From: a virus
DNA length: 64,000 bases
Reading direction: 5' to 3' (one strand)
Virus record (IMG/VR): IMGVR_UViG_3300045051_000987
Location: 32,001 to 96,000 of that record
Made by a program: the position numbers and the translations under genes. Shown here one piece after another: positions 55,421 to 64,000 of the stretch. Position 1 is the stretch's first letter. Each line of letters begins with the position of its first letter. Under the pieces are notes generated by a model, which saw only the letters and a program-made list of their open reading frames with translations, was not told the DNA's origin and ran no database searches.

Positions 55421-57586
55421 TCAGGCCACCTCTTCCGCGTCGTCGAGATCGAGCTCTTCGTTCGCAGCGCCCGCCGGCACGAGCCCGGCCTCGATCACGA
55501 AGCGGGACACGTCGATCGGGACGACCTTCGCGCCGACCGAGGCCCTCGTGTAGTAGCTGACGTGGAGCACGTCGCGCGCGCGCGTCATCGCCACGTAGGC
55601 GAGGCGCCGCTCTTCGTCCATGTCCTCGGCGCGGCCGTGCGGGAGGAGCTTCTCGCCCGCGCCCGTGAGGAAGACCACCGGCCACTCGAGGCCCTTGCTG
55701 CGGTGGATGCTCATGAGCGTGATGCGATCGACGCCTTCCTCGCCCACCTTCGCGCGCTCCGCCGCTTCGAGCGTCTCGGCGATGTACTCGAGCAGGCCGT
55801 CGACGCTGTTGAAGCGCTCCGACGCGCGCACGAGCTCGCGGATGTTCGAGACGCGGTTGTTCTCCGGGCTCTCGGCTCCCTCGTCGCGCGTGAGCCACTT
55901 CACGTAGTCGGTGCGCATGAGCATCTCGTCGATGAGAGACGCCGGCGTCGGGCGGTTCGCGCGCGTCGCAGCCTGAACCGGATCCTTCTCCGCGAGCTCG
56001 CGATCGTCGCGGATGCGCGTCGCCATGCCTTCGATGAGCGTGCACCACGCGAGCGCGCTGTCGCGCTGACGGCCCTGGATGCGCGACTCCGACGAGCGCG
56101 CGAGGTCGTGCACGATCTCGGTCCATCCGATCGACTCGCGACCCGACTCGCGCTCCGCGCGCGCCTCGATCTTCGCGACGAACTCACGACCGAGGAAGCG
56201 GAAGGGCGCGTTGATCGAGCGACGCACGTCGTCGAAGGTGCCCTTGCCCGCGGCGAGGCGGAGGTACGCGAGAACGTCCTTCACCTCCTTGCGCTCGTAG
56301 AAGTTGGTCCCGCCGATCACGACGTACGGGATGCGCGAGCCGAGGCACTGCTCCTCGAGCGCGCGGCTCTGAGCGTTCGTGCGGTAGAGGCACACGATGT
56401 CCTTCCACGCGCGCCCGTCCGCGTTGAGCTCGCGGATCGCGGTGACGACGCCCTCGGCCTCGGTGTCGGCGTCCGAGAATCGACGCACCTCGACGCTTCC
56501 CTCGAAGGGAACGCCCGCCGCCGTGCGGTAGTCCGAGACGCCCATCGGCGCGCCGTTGATCGTGCGCTCCGCCGTGATCTTCGTGCCGAGCGTCGTGCCG
56601 GGGCCCATCGCCGAGAGCACGCCGTTCGCGGCGTCGATGATCTTCGAGCCCGAGCGGTAGTTGCGGTGGAGCGAGATCGACGGGGCCGACCACGTGCTCG
56701 CGAAGTTGAGGATGCCGCTCGGGTCCGCGCCGCGGAAGCCGTAGATCGACTGCGCGGGATCGCCGACGACCATGTAGTTGCGGTGCTCGCCCGCGAGCAT
56801 CTCGCAGATCGCGCGCTGCACGCCGTTCTCGTCCTGACACTCGTCCTGAAGGACGTAGTCCCAGCGCTTCGCCCATCGCGCGCGGAGCTCCTCGCTCTCG
56901 TTCATGCGCCACCACATTTCGAGGAGCATGTCGTCGAACGTGATGAGCAGGCGCGCGCGACGTTCCTGCTCCGAGCGATCGTAGGCCTCCGCGAGACGAC
57001 GAGGATCGCGCTGCGCGCTCGGCTTCTTCTCGTGGTACGCGACCGCCGCCTCGTAGGCCTCTTCGCTTCCGGGGAGCGCACAGTTGGCCTTGCACACGCC
57101 GATGAACTGCTCGACCGAAGTGAGGTCGGCACCGTCCCAATTCATCCCCTTGAAGCCGAGACAGTCCTTCACGACGGTGCGGAACCGATCGCGATCGTCG
57201 GTCTGCCATCGGCGGAAGTCGGACCACTCCTCGCGAAGAAACTGGTGCGCGAGGCTGTGGAACGTGCCCACGCGCGCCGAACTCGAGGCCTCGCCGGGGA
57301 GGAGCGACACGAGGCGCGACGTCATCTCGTCGGCCGCCTTCTTCGAGAACGTGAGGGCGAGCACGCGTGCGGGGTGCACGCCGTGCGCGAGGTGGAGCAT
57401 CGCGATGCGGCGCACGAGCGCGGTTGTCTTCCCCGAGCCGGCGATCGCTGCGACGAGCAGCGGCCCGTGGTTGTGCATCACGACCTGAGCCTGCTCGGGG
57501 TTGAGCCCTTCGAGGAGGCTCTCGCGAGTCGTCGGCGCGCGCGGAACGGGACGCTTGGCGCGAGCGCGAGGCTGATTCTCTTCCAT
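55421..57586 (-). CDS. uvrD: UvrD/PcrA-like SF1 helicase
   Basis: LNPEQ, AIAGSGKT, TFH, DECQD, VGDPAQSIYGFRGA, NYRS, LYRTN, HRSKGLEW, EERRLAYVAMTRA. Confidence 0.95.
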   Translation of the reverse strand: MEENQPRARAKRPVPRAPTTRESLLEGLNPEQAQVVMHNHGPLLVAAIAGSGKTTALVRRIAMLHLAHGVHPARVLALTFSKKAADEMTSRLVSLLPGEASSSARVGTFHSLAHQFLREEWSDFRRWQTDDRDRFRTVVKDCLGFKGMNWDGADLTSVEQFIGVCKANCALPGSEEAYEAAVAYHEKKPSAQRDPRRLAEAYDRSEQERRARLLITFDDMLLEMWWRMNESEELRARWAKRWDYVLQDECQDENGVQRAICEMLAGEHRNYMVVGDPAQSIYGFRGADPSGILNFASTWSAPSISLHRNYRSGSKIIDAANGVLSAMGPGTTLGTKITAERTINGAPMGVSDYRTAAGVPFEGSVEVRRFSDADTEAEGVVTAIRELNADGRAWKDIVCLYRTNAQSRALEEQCLGSRIPYVVIGGTNFYERKEVKDVLAYLRLAAGKGTFDDVRRSINAPFRFLGREFVAKIEARAERESGRESIGWTEIVHDLARSSESRIQGRQRDSALAWCTLIEGMATRIRDDRELAEKDPVQAATRANRPTPASLIDEMLMRTDYVKWLTRDEGAESPENNRVSNIRELVRASERFNSVDGLLEYIAETLEAAERAKVGEEGVDRITLMSIHRSKGLEWPVVFLTGAGEKLLPHGRAEDMDEERRLAYVAMTRARDVLHVSYYTRASVGAKVVPIDVSRFVIEAGLVPAGAANEELDLDDAEEVA

Positions 57587-57966
57587 CGTCGATTCTCCTT
57601 GGGGCGAGCCCCGAAGCTGTCTCCCTGCGAGACGAGATGGAACCTAGCCGGACGCCGCGCGCATGTCCAGATTGATTTAGGTGGCTCCTCTGGATTTCGC
57701 GGATCACCCTGTTCACCCGGGTGAACACGAGATCCGCGGGCCTTCTTGCGCTTCTCTCGACGAAGACGCCTCGCTTCTGCGAGATCGTCCTCAAGCGCGA
57801 GGCGAAAGATCCATCGATCGACGGTGTTCTCCTCGACGTTCAGGATCCGCGCGGCGCCGCAAATGTTGCCCTCGCTCTTCCGCAGCGCGTTCCTCACGCG
57901 ACGACGAGCGAGCTCGGTCTCGCCCGCGCGCATGATGCGTCCAATCTCGGTGCTTCGGTTCGGCAT
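57478..57966 (-). CDS. Fis-type HTH protein
   Basis: VRNALRKSEGNICGAARILNVEENTVDRWI; the C-terminal run-on overlaps uvrD. Confidence 0.6.
   Translation of the reverse strand: MPNRSTEIGRIMRAGETELARRRVRNALRKSEGNICGAARILNVEENTVDRWIFRLALEDDLAEARRLRREKRKKARGSRVHPGEQGDPRNPEEPPKSIWTCARRPARFHLVSQGDSFGARPKENRRWKRISLALAPSVPFRARRRLARASSKGSTPSRLRS
57595..57684 (-). promoter_or_regulatory. Degenerate cassette upstream of uvrD (CCTAAATCAATC plus hairpin plus AAGGAG)
   Basis: Keeps CCTAAATCAATC (57670-57681) and GGGGCTCGCCCCAAGGAG but lacks TATA. Confidence 0.55.
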
Positions 57967-57973
57967 GACGAGC

Positions 57974-58987
57974 TCATCGTGCACGACGAAGCGCACCGTG
58001 CACGTGCGTGATCGCCTCGCGCCACGCGGCGCCGTTCGCTTCGTCGCTCGCATCGTCGGGGGCGATGTCGAAGTGCACACGTCGGAGCGTTGTGTAGCGC
58101 GCGAGCAGCTCGTAGAGGCGCTCGAAGGCCGTGTCGCCGGCCTTGTCAGGATCGGTCGCGACGAGCACCGCGTCGAAGCGTGCGAGGGCTTCGATCTTCT
58201 CGGCGCCGAGGTTGTTCGCTCCGAGGATCGCGCACGGGTTCGGCGCTCCCGCGCGCTCCATCGCGAGAGCCTTGAACACGCCCTCTGTCACCGTCGCGAC
58301 GCGCACATCGCGATCGAAACCGGGCTCGCCGAAGAGGGCCGCATCGGGACGACACCCGCGCTCGCTCTTCGCGTCCGGCGTCAGGTAGCGCACGCGACCG
58401 TCGTCGAGGAACGCGCGCGCGACGTACGAAAGCAGGCGCCCGCCGGTGTACACGGGCACGACGACGCGCCACGCGCAGCGCCCGATCGTCGCGAAGCCGA
58501 TGTGCCACCGCGTGATCTGCCAGTCGGGGATCCCGCGCCCGTGATCGACGATCGGCTTCGTGAGGTAGCTGAGCGCGCGCGGATGCCACTCGCTCCCGTC
58601 GACGCTCGGGATCATCACACCGCGCGGGAGCTCGAGCTCGACGCGATCGCGGCGCGGCATCACGACGCGGAGCCGCGGAAGGTCGTCGTCCTCGAGCGCA
58701 CGCGAGTGACCGCGCACGACGTGCTCCCAGCACCAAGCGCCGGCTTCCTCGATCGTGAGCCCGCGAACGGCCGCGACGAGCTCCCACGGGCCGCCGCCGA
58801 ACCCGCAGCTCATGCACCAGTGCGAGCCGTGCCGCACGCCGCCGTCGTCGATGATCGACCACGATGGATCGCGATCATCGTGCGCCGGATCCGGGCACAC
58901 GCTCTTCCACAGCCGACCTTCACGCTTCGCGCGGATCCCAAGCTGCTCGAGGAGACGCGGGATCGGGACACGGACGCGAGAAGCCAC
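57974..58987 (-). CDS. DNA primase (CHC2 Zn finger plus TOPRIM)
   Basis: CPDPAHDDRDPS...HWCMSCG; VTEGVFKA; ATDPDKAG. Confidence 0.88.
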   Translation of the reverse strand: MASRVRVPIPRLLEQLGIRAKREGRLWKSVCPDPAHDDRDPSWSIIDDGGVRHGSHWCMSCGFGGGPWELVAAVRGLTIEEAGAWCWEHVVRGHSRALEDDDLPRLRVVMPRRDRVELELPRGVMIPSVDGSEWHPRALSYLTKPIVDHGRGIPDWQITRWHIGFATIGRCAWRVVVPVYTGGRLLSYVARAFLDDGRVRYLTPDAKSERGCRPDAALFGEPGFDRDVRVATVTEGVFKALAMERAGAPNPCAILGANNLGAEKIEALARFDAVLVATDPDKAGDTAFERLYELLARYTTLRRVHFDIAPDDASDEANGAAWREAITHVHGALRRAR

Positions 58988-58993
58988 GGCCCA

Positions 58994-59251
58994 TCATCCC
59001 GCGCCGTCGCTCTCGAGGAGCTCCATCCGAACGCACCACTCGCACGAGCCCTCGCCCGCGCAGCGGCACCGACCGTTCGGGTGCATGAGATCCGAGCTCT
59101 CGCGCACGCTCATCGCAGCGAGCGCCGTGTCGACGATCGCGCTCTCGGCGCGCACGTCTTCCTCGATCGGCGTGCCCTCCGCGCGACGGCGTAGGCGCTC
59201 CATCGCGTTGCGGATCGCGCGCTCAGGTTCATCTTCGGCGAGGGTGCTCAT
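58994..59251 (-). CDS. Hypothetical protein
   Basis: CRC...CEWC. Confidence 0.5.
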   Translation of the reverse strand: MSTLAEDEPERAIRNAMERLRRRAEGTPIEEDVRAESAIVDTALAAMSVRESSDLMHPNGRCRCAGEGSCEWCVRMELLESDGAG

Positions 59252-59254
59252 CGT

Positions 59255-60811
59255 TCAGTCCCTTCGCGACGGCTTGCGCTTCGAGGTCTGCTTCACGTTG
59301 ATCTCGCCGACGTCGCCGAACTCGCGCGACGCCTCGAGCCCCGGATCGTAGGGCACCTCTTCGCCGCCGGTGATCAGGCCGCACGAGCCCTGCCAGTCGA
59401 AGCGCACCGACCAGAACGCGCGGCCCTTGCGCTGCTTGAGGTTGATCACCTCGAGCGAGTCGTCGGGGATCCCTCGCTTGAAGTGAGCATCGCGGTGCAC
59501 GCCCCACAGAAGATCCGCGACTTCGACGAAGGCGCCGGAGCCCTTCACCGACTCGCGCGTGGGGCGCTTGTCGGGCCGCTGCTCGACCTCCTTGAGCTTG
59601 AGCTGGTGGACCATGATCCCGTGCACGTTGTAGCGCGCGTGCATGTCCTGCTGGCGGTAGAGGGCTTTCGTCACGCCGTCGTACGAAAGATCGATCAGGC
59701 ACCGCTCCCACAGGTCGGAGACCACGACGTCGCACCCGCTCTCCGCGATGTAGCCCTCCCACACGTCGAGCGAGCGATCGTTGCTCGGCCGGCCCTTGCC
59801 CGAGTCGATCGAGAAAAAGGCGTTGTCCATGAAGTGAATGCGCTCGGTGATCCAGTCGATCGCGTCGTGCGCGTCGGCGAGCTCGTCGGGCGTGAGGTTC
59901 CCTTGCACCACGCGATCGATGTCGATCCGGCATCGCTGCGCGACCATCACATCGAGGCCGAGGCTGTCGGTTCCCATCTCCCACGCGCCCACGAGCACGC
60001 GTCGATCGAGAGCTGCGAGACGCAGCGCGAAGTCGGCCGTGAACGTGCTCTTGCCCGAGCCCGAGAGACCGACGACGAGCGACGTGCGCTTCGGCATCAC
60101 GCCCTCGACGAGACGTGCATCGATCGCGTCGTAGCCCGACGGGTAGAAGTTGCCCGACGCGGCGCGCGCCGCGAGCTCGGCCTTCCACGATCGGTTCAGC
60201 TCATCGGGGCGTCGCATGAACTTCCGCCCGCCGACGCCGCCCTCGACCGCACGAAGGAGAGCGCGCGCGGAGCCGGCGAGAGCTTCGGCGCTCGTCTTCG
60301 GATCCTTGAGCAGGCGCACGAACTCCGGCATCGCACCGCGCACGATGCGCGCGCGCGTCGCGTCCCATCGAAGCGTCTCGACGTGATAGGCGAGGTTCTC
60401 GGGCACCTTCGCAGCATCCTCGATGCTCTCGAGGTAGCCGTCGTCGACGGGCACGCCCTCGTCAGCGATCAGGCGCCGGAACACGTCCGAGTCGAACTCG
60501 AGATCGTGCTCCTCCATCACGAGCAACGCGCGCTGCATCGCGGTGTGCTCGGGCACGAGGAACTCGTCGGGTGAGAGCGAGCGCACGAGCGTCTTGCGCG
60601 ACGCGCGCGATGCGATCGCAGCCGCGATCACGACCCGCTCGTTCGTCGCGTCATAGACGATCTCGTCACGCTTCTCGGCGGGCTTGCGCTGCGTGCGCTC
60701 GGTCGGGCGCGGCGCCGTCTTCGGCGCTTCCTCCACGCGCTGATCGAGCTGCTCCTTCACACGCTCGGCGATCTCCTCCGGCGGGAGGATCGGGGGTCGC
60801 TTCGCCGCCAC
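59255..60811 (-). CDS. dnaB: DnaB-like replicative helicase
   Basis: GLSGSGKS, WEM, VHQL, KRPT...KGSGAFVEVAD, KQRKG. Confidence 0.9.
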   Translation of the reverse strand: MAAKRPPILPPEEIAERVKEQLDQRVEEAPKTAPRPTERTQRKPAEKRDEIVYDATNERVVIAAAIASRASRKTLVRSLSPDEFLVPEHTAMQRALLVMEEHDLEFDSDVFRRLIADEGVPVDDGYLESIEDAAKVPENLAYHVETLRWDATRARIVRGAMPEFVRLLKDPKTSAEALAGSARALLRAVEGGVGGRKFMRRPDELNRSWKAELAARAASGNFYPSGYDAIDARLVEGVMPKRTSLVVGLSGSGKSTFTADFALRLAALDRRVLVGAWEMGTDSLGLDVMVAQRCRIDIDRVVQGNLTPDELADAHDAIDWITERIHFMDNAFFSIDSGKGRPSNDRSLDVWEGYIAESGCDVVVSDLWERCLIDLSYDGVTKALYRQQDMHARYNVHGIMVHQLKLKEVEQRPDKRPTRESVKGSGAFVEVADLLWGVHRDAHFKRGIPDDSLEVINLKQRKGRAFWSVRFDWQGSCGLITGGEEVPYDPGLEASREFGDVGEINVKQTSKRKPSRRD

Positions 60812-60814
60812 CGA

Positions 60815-61270
60815 TCAGGCTCCACGTCGCTGCGACGCCGCCACGCGGAAGTCGGTCACGAGCTTGTCGCCGAACTGCATGCGCCAACCCATGCGGTTCC
60901 GATCCTTCTTCTCGCGCTTGGCCCACTCCGAGCGCTCCTTCTCGCGCTTCCACGCCCATCGGATGAAGATCGCGCAGCGCGCGCCGTCGTCATCGAAGTG
61001 CGTGTGCAGCACGCGCAGCGCCGCGCGCGACGCAGCTCGGAACTCCGCCGCGTTCTCGAGCTCGACGGGCTCGACCGAATAGACCGAGCGATGACACCAC
61101 GCGTAGAGCCCGAGCATCGTGCGAGCGTCGGCGCCGTCCCACTCACCGCTCTTCGCTCGAGCGTCGGCCGATCGGATCGCAGCTTGTATGTCCGAGAGCG
61201 CCCGCCCGCGCGTGGCGCCTGCGACGCGATGAGCCTTCGTCGGATCGTCGAGGAAGTCGCTGAGGCCTTC
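60815..61270 (-). CDS. Hypothetical protein (start uncertain)
   Basis: Protein-like 3' part of ORF 60815..61564. Confidence 0.45.
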   Translation of the reverse strand, partial: EGLSDFLDDPTKAHRVAGATRGRALSDIQAAIRSADARAKSGEWDGADARTMLGLYAWCHRSVYSVEPVELENAAEFRAASRAALRVLHTHFDDDGARCAIFIRWAWKREKERSEWAKREKKDRNRMGWRMQFGDKLVTDFRVAASQRRGA

Positions 61271-61317
61271 GGAGACCGCGATCGGCTCGGGGGGCGTTGG
61301 TCGACGCACGCGGCTCC

Positions 61318-61845
61318 TCACTCGGTCGCTCCCTCTGCGGCCTTCGCTGCCTTCGCTGCGTCGTTCTTGATGAAGTCTGCGTAGATCCGCCTGTACTTCG
61401 CGGTCCCCGCGGCTTCGGCGTGCGCCGCGAGCCACGCCATGATCGTGCGGGCCTGCTCCTCGACGTCGTCTCCCTCGACGAGCTTGCGCGTGAAGATGAG
61501 CCCGCCGAACTTCACCATCGCGTACTGCTTCGGGAGCGGGAGCGTGACCTCGGGGTACGAGCACACGAGCACGTCGCCATCGCGCGCGATGAAGGTCCCG
61601 ATCGGCGAGGCCTTGCCGTCACGCTCGACGTGCGCGCGCGCCGCGCCCTTCGGCGGATCCTTGCGCAGCTCGTCGACCTTCGCGCGCGCCTCCTCGGCCT
61701 GAGCTCGAGCAGCGGCTTCCTCGCGTCGCGCTTCGGCTTGGATCGCAGCGGCCTCTTCGGCGTCGACGTCGTTCGGCGCGGGCGTCGCCGGCTTGCTGAG
61801 CTCGGGGCGCTTCACACGCCGCACTGGCTGGGTCTGATCGGTCAC
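61318..61845 (-). CDS. Hypothetical protein
   Basis: GTG start after GAGGAGG. Confidence 0.6.
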   Translation of the reverse strand: MTDQTQPVRRVKRPELSKPATPAPNDVDAEEAAAIQAEARREEAAARAQAEEARAKVDELRKDPPKGAARAHVERDGKASPIGTFIARDGDVLVCSYPEVTLPLPKQYAMVKFGGLIFTRKLVEGDDVEEQARTIMAWLAAHAEAAGTAKYRRIYADFIKNDAAKAAKAAEGATE

Positions 61846-61864
61846 GAGAGCCTCCTCGGGCGCA

Positions 61865-63322
61865 TCATGCCGCGCGGGTGAGGAGCTCTCCGATCTCGAC
61901 GATGCTCGTGCGTCCGCCGTTCCACCCACCGAAGGTCTTCGGCATCGAAGGGAACACGTGGCGATCCCACACGACGTAGAGCCGGCCGAGATCCTTCGCT
62001 TCGGCGGGACGACACACGCGCCCTCGCACCTGACCGAAGAACTGTCGGTTGTTCCCGATCGGAGTCGTCATCACGCCCGACCGCACCGCGGGCATATCGA
62101 TCCCCTGACCGACCGCCTTGAACGTGCCCACGCACACCGGCACCTCGCCCGTCTTGAGGCGAGCCTTGTCCTCGGAAAAGCGCACGCGGTTCTCGTCACC
62201 GCCGAGGAGTAGACCGCTCGAGACGCCGGCGTCGAAGAGCTCGGTGTCGGCGAGCGTGCGCGCGTGCTCGATGCGATGCGTGAACACGAGTGATGGCGCC
62301 TCGCGCGCGCTCAGCCACCGCACGAGCTCGACGATCAGCGCGTTGCGCGCGGGGTCGGTCGTGATCTCGTCGAGCAGTTGGTTGAAGTCGCGCTCGCCGC
62401 CGGCCGCGTCGCGATACCAGTCCGCGCGGAAGTCGGTCGGGACGAAGACGATCTCAACGGGCGTGATCGAGCCCTCTTGCTCGAGCACGTCGCGCTCGAT
62501 CTCGTACACGACGCGCCCGAACTGGTCGTAGATCAGGAACTCCTTCTTGTCGCGACGCGTCTCGTCGGCCGTCACACCCACGCGGTAGCGCGCGCCGAAG
62601 GAGCTGATCACGTTCTGGAACGTCGACGCCGCCACCATGTGAGCCTCGTCGACGCCCACGAGCCCGAAGCGCCCGGCGACCTGATCGAGCGGGAAGCTCT
62701 TGCTGTTCAACGTCTGCGCGAGCGCGAGCGTGAGGCGTGATCCCGTCGTGAGCTTCGAGGATCCGCGGAGCACTCCGATCTCGCGCTCGCTCAGCCCGAG
62801 CTTCTCCACCGCGACGTCGATCCACTGCGTGAGCAGGTTCGAGTCGTACATGATCCAGAGCGCCGGTTGCCCCGCGAACTTCGAGAGCGCGAGGCCCGCG
62901 AGCGTCTTTCCGCTCCCGGTCGGCGCGCGGATGATGCCCTGCTCGGCCTTGAGCACGGCCTCGATCGCTTCGTCCTGATACCACCGCGGCGTGAAGCGCA
63001 GCGGAGGCCAGTCCACGGGGTCGTGACGCGTCCGGCGATCGAGGAAACGGATCCCGTAGTCGTGGGCCTTCGCGATGTTCCTGAGCCGCTCGGTGGCGCC
63101 GCGCGGGAGCGAGAGGCTCTCGGCCGGTGTGCCCTTGTCGTGGAGCTCCCACGTCGGGATCTGGCTCGAGGTGCCCCACGTCGCGAAGCCCATCCCCTTC
63201 TTCTTGTGGAAGTCCGGATTCGCGTGCGTGGTGGCCTTCTTGAGCTCGGCGACGAACGATCGCGGCAGACCGGCCGGGAGCCGGATGCGCGAGTCGAGGA
63301 TCACCGTGAGGTCTTTCGCCAC
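61865..63322 (-). CDS. SF2 DEAD/DEAH-box helicase (UvsW/XPB-like)
   Basis: RWYQ, APTGSGKT, VDEAH, GVTA, GQGIDMP, QVRGRVCR. Confidence 0.92.
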   Translation of the reverse strand: MAKDLTVILDSRIRLPAGLPRSFVAELKKATTHANPDFHKKKGMGFATWGTSSQIPTWELHDKGTPAESLSLPRGATERLRNIAKAHDYGIRFLDRRTRHDPVDWPPLRFTPRWYQDEAIEAVLKAEQGIIRAPTGSGKTLAGLALSKFAGQPALWIMYDSNLLTQWIDVAVEKLGLSEREIGVLRGSSKLTTGSRLTLALAQTLNSKSFPLDQVAGRFGLVGVDEAHMVAASTFQNVISSFGARYRVGVTADETRRDKKEFLIYDQFGRVVYEIERDVLEQEGSITPVEIVFVPTDFRADWYRDAAGGERDFNQLLDEITTDPARNALIVELVRWLSAREAPSLVFTHRIEHARTLADTELFDAGVSSGLLLGGDENRVRFSEDKARLKTGEVPVCVGTFKAVGQGIDMPAVRSGVMTTPIGNNRQFFGQVRGRVCRPAEAKDLGRLYVVWDRHVFPSMPKTFGGWNGGRTSIVEIGELLTRAA

Positions 63323-63375
63323 GCCCCATCATGCCGCGCGTGTTCACCCGGGTGAACACGAGGGGTGGACGGGGC

Positions 63376-63783
63376 TCAGCGTGAGGACGTGTTCACCCGG
63401 GTGAACACGTTCGCCGCCTGCTTCGCGATCGCAGCGATCACGAGGATCGTCTCGTGACGTCGACGGCGCCGCTGCGCGACCTGCTCCTCGGTGAAGAGCT
63501 TCGGCTTGATCACGTCGTCCTCACGGATGAGCTTCTTCTCGAAGTCGATGAGGTCGTCGATCGTGATCCGATCGATGTGCGAGCCGCGCACGAGGTACGG
63601 GTCTCGGAGCGCCGGTGCTTCGAGGTCGACCTCGACACCCACGACGCGCCCGCTGTCGTCCACCGCGAGGAGCGCAGGCCATTCGTTGCCCGTGACGAGC
63701 TGCGCGAACAGGGGGAAGTCGGCCGCTGCGCGCGTCATGGCGAACGTCGGAGACACGAGGAGGATCACGGGGGTCTTCTTCAC
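63376..63783 (-). CDS. Hypothetical protein
   Basis: GTG start MKKTPV after GGAGG; ends with palindrome-encoded FTRVNT. Confidence 0.5.
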   Translation of the reverse strand: MKKTPVILLVSPTFAMTRAAADFPLFAQLVTGNEWPALLAVDDSGRVVGVEVDLEAPALRDPYLVRGSHIDRITIDDLIDFEKKLIREDDVIKPKLFTEEQVAQRRRRRHETILVIAAIAKQAANVFTRVNTSSR

Positions 63784-64000
63784 GCCGAGCCTCCCCACAC
63801 GTGTCGCTCGAACTTCTCGGGCTTGATGTCGCGCCGGCCAACGAGCTCGCTCACGAGCGGTGTCGCCTCGAGCGCGGCTTCGATCGCGCGGAGCTGCACG
63901 AGGCGCTGTTCGAGCGTCGGGTAGGTCTCGACGGTCACGAGCAGCGTGTCGCCGGCCACGAAGAGCCCAAGCGCCGTCCACCACGCTTCGGCGCGGCGGA

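Larger units (their letters stand above)
5334..63337 (-). promoter_or_regulatory. Dispersed GCGGCATGATG -10-type promoter motif, about 20 copies
   Basis: ATCATG on the plus strand at 5334, 11091, 15034, 19118, 20994, 23861, 24969, 26201, 27319, 30345, 31163, 32039, 33144, 40481, 49718, 53490, 61864, 63328; variants at 47898 (TATGAT) and 58993 (GATGAT). Confidence 0.8.
5127..63408. repeat. Dispersed perfect palindrome (G)TGTTCACCCGGGTGAACA(C), 13 copies
   Basis: Copies start at about 5127, 13008, 13862, 14052, 15729, 20953, 25985, 30422, 41180, 50276, 57709, 63340, 63389. Confidence 0.95.
1..64000 (-). mobile_element. Segment of a large tailed dsDNA bacteriophage genome (Caudoviricetes)
   Basis: Terminase, PolB, primase, DnaB, RecA, SbcCD, ArdC and many short hypothetical genes, all co-oriented; no bacterial housekeeping operons. 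Confidence 0.93.

Noticed and set aside
63340-63408. Two palindromes separated by 29 bp, resembling a mini CRISPR repeat-spacer-repeat
   Set aside because: Only two short units, the other 11 copies are dispersed singly, and no cas genes or leader are present
1-64000. tRNA/rRNA genes, integrase/att sites, reverse transcriptase (DGR/retron), inteins
   Set aside because: None recognisable by eye; PolB, DnaB, RecA and TerL motifs are contiguous without intein-sized inserts; tRNAscan was not run

Overview
A 64-kb segment of a large, very GC-rich dsDNA tailed phage. Essentially all real genes are on the minus strand, tightly packed with ATGA/GTGA overlaps; the long plus-strand ORFs are antisense shadows. 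A Myxococcota/Polyangia-like host is suggested by CGCG/TCGA/GATC-rich usage, but this is inference only. Layout: early-gene island (1-4.3 kb); DNA-modification cluster (2.4-8.2 kb); terminase pair without an adjacent portal gene (11.1-13.9 kb); accessory region with three more DNA methyltransferases, HNH, DnaJ, ASCH and NDT-like genes (14-34 kb); second early island with ArdC and a Mom/XF1762-like gene (33.6-39.4 kb); recombination/replication module (RuvC-like, SbcCD, RecA, SSB-like, PolB, sigma factor, UvrD, primase, DnaB, SF2 helicase; 40-63 kb). Top finding: a translationally coupled operon of C5-cytosine MTase (motif X Asn replaced by Arg), CmoA-like carboxy-SAM synthase and chorismate mutase. 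It would form a self-contained chorismate > prephenate > Cx-SAM > 5-carboxymethylcytosine DNA-modification pathway. Three repeated cis-elements also stand out: 8 early promoter cassettes with an invariant 17-bp spacer (7 with stem-loop plus SD), about 20 copies of a GCGGCATGATG -10-only promoter that mostly yields leaderless mRNAs, and 13 perfect copies of the 18-bp palindrome TGTTCACCCGGGTGAACA. No tRNA, rRNA, CRISPR array or integrase was recognised. All family assignments are by eye, without database searches.
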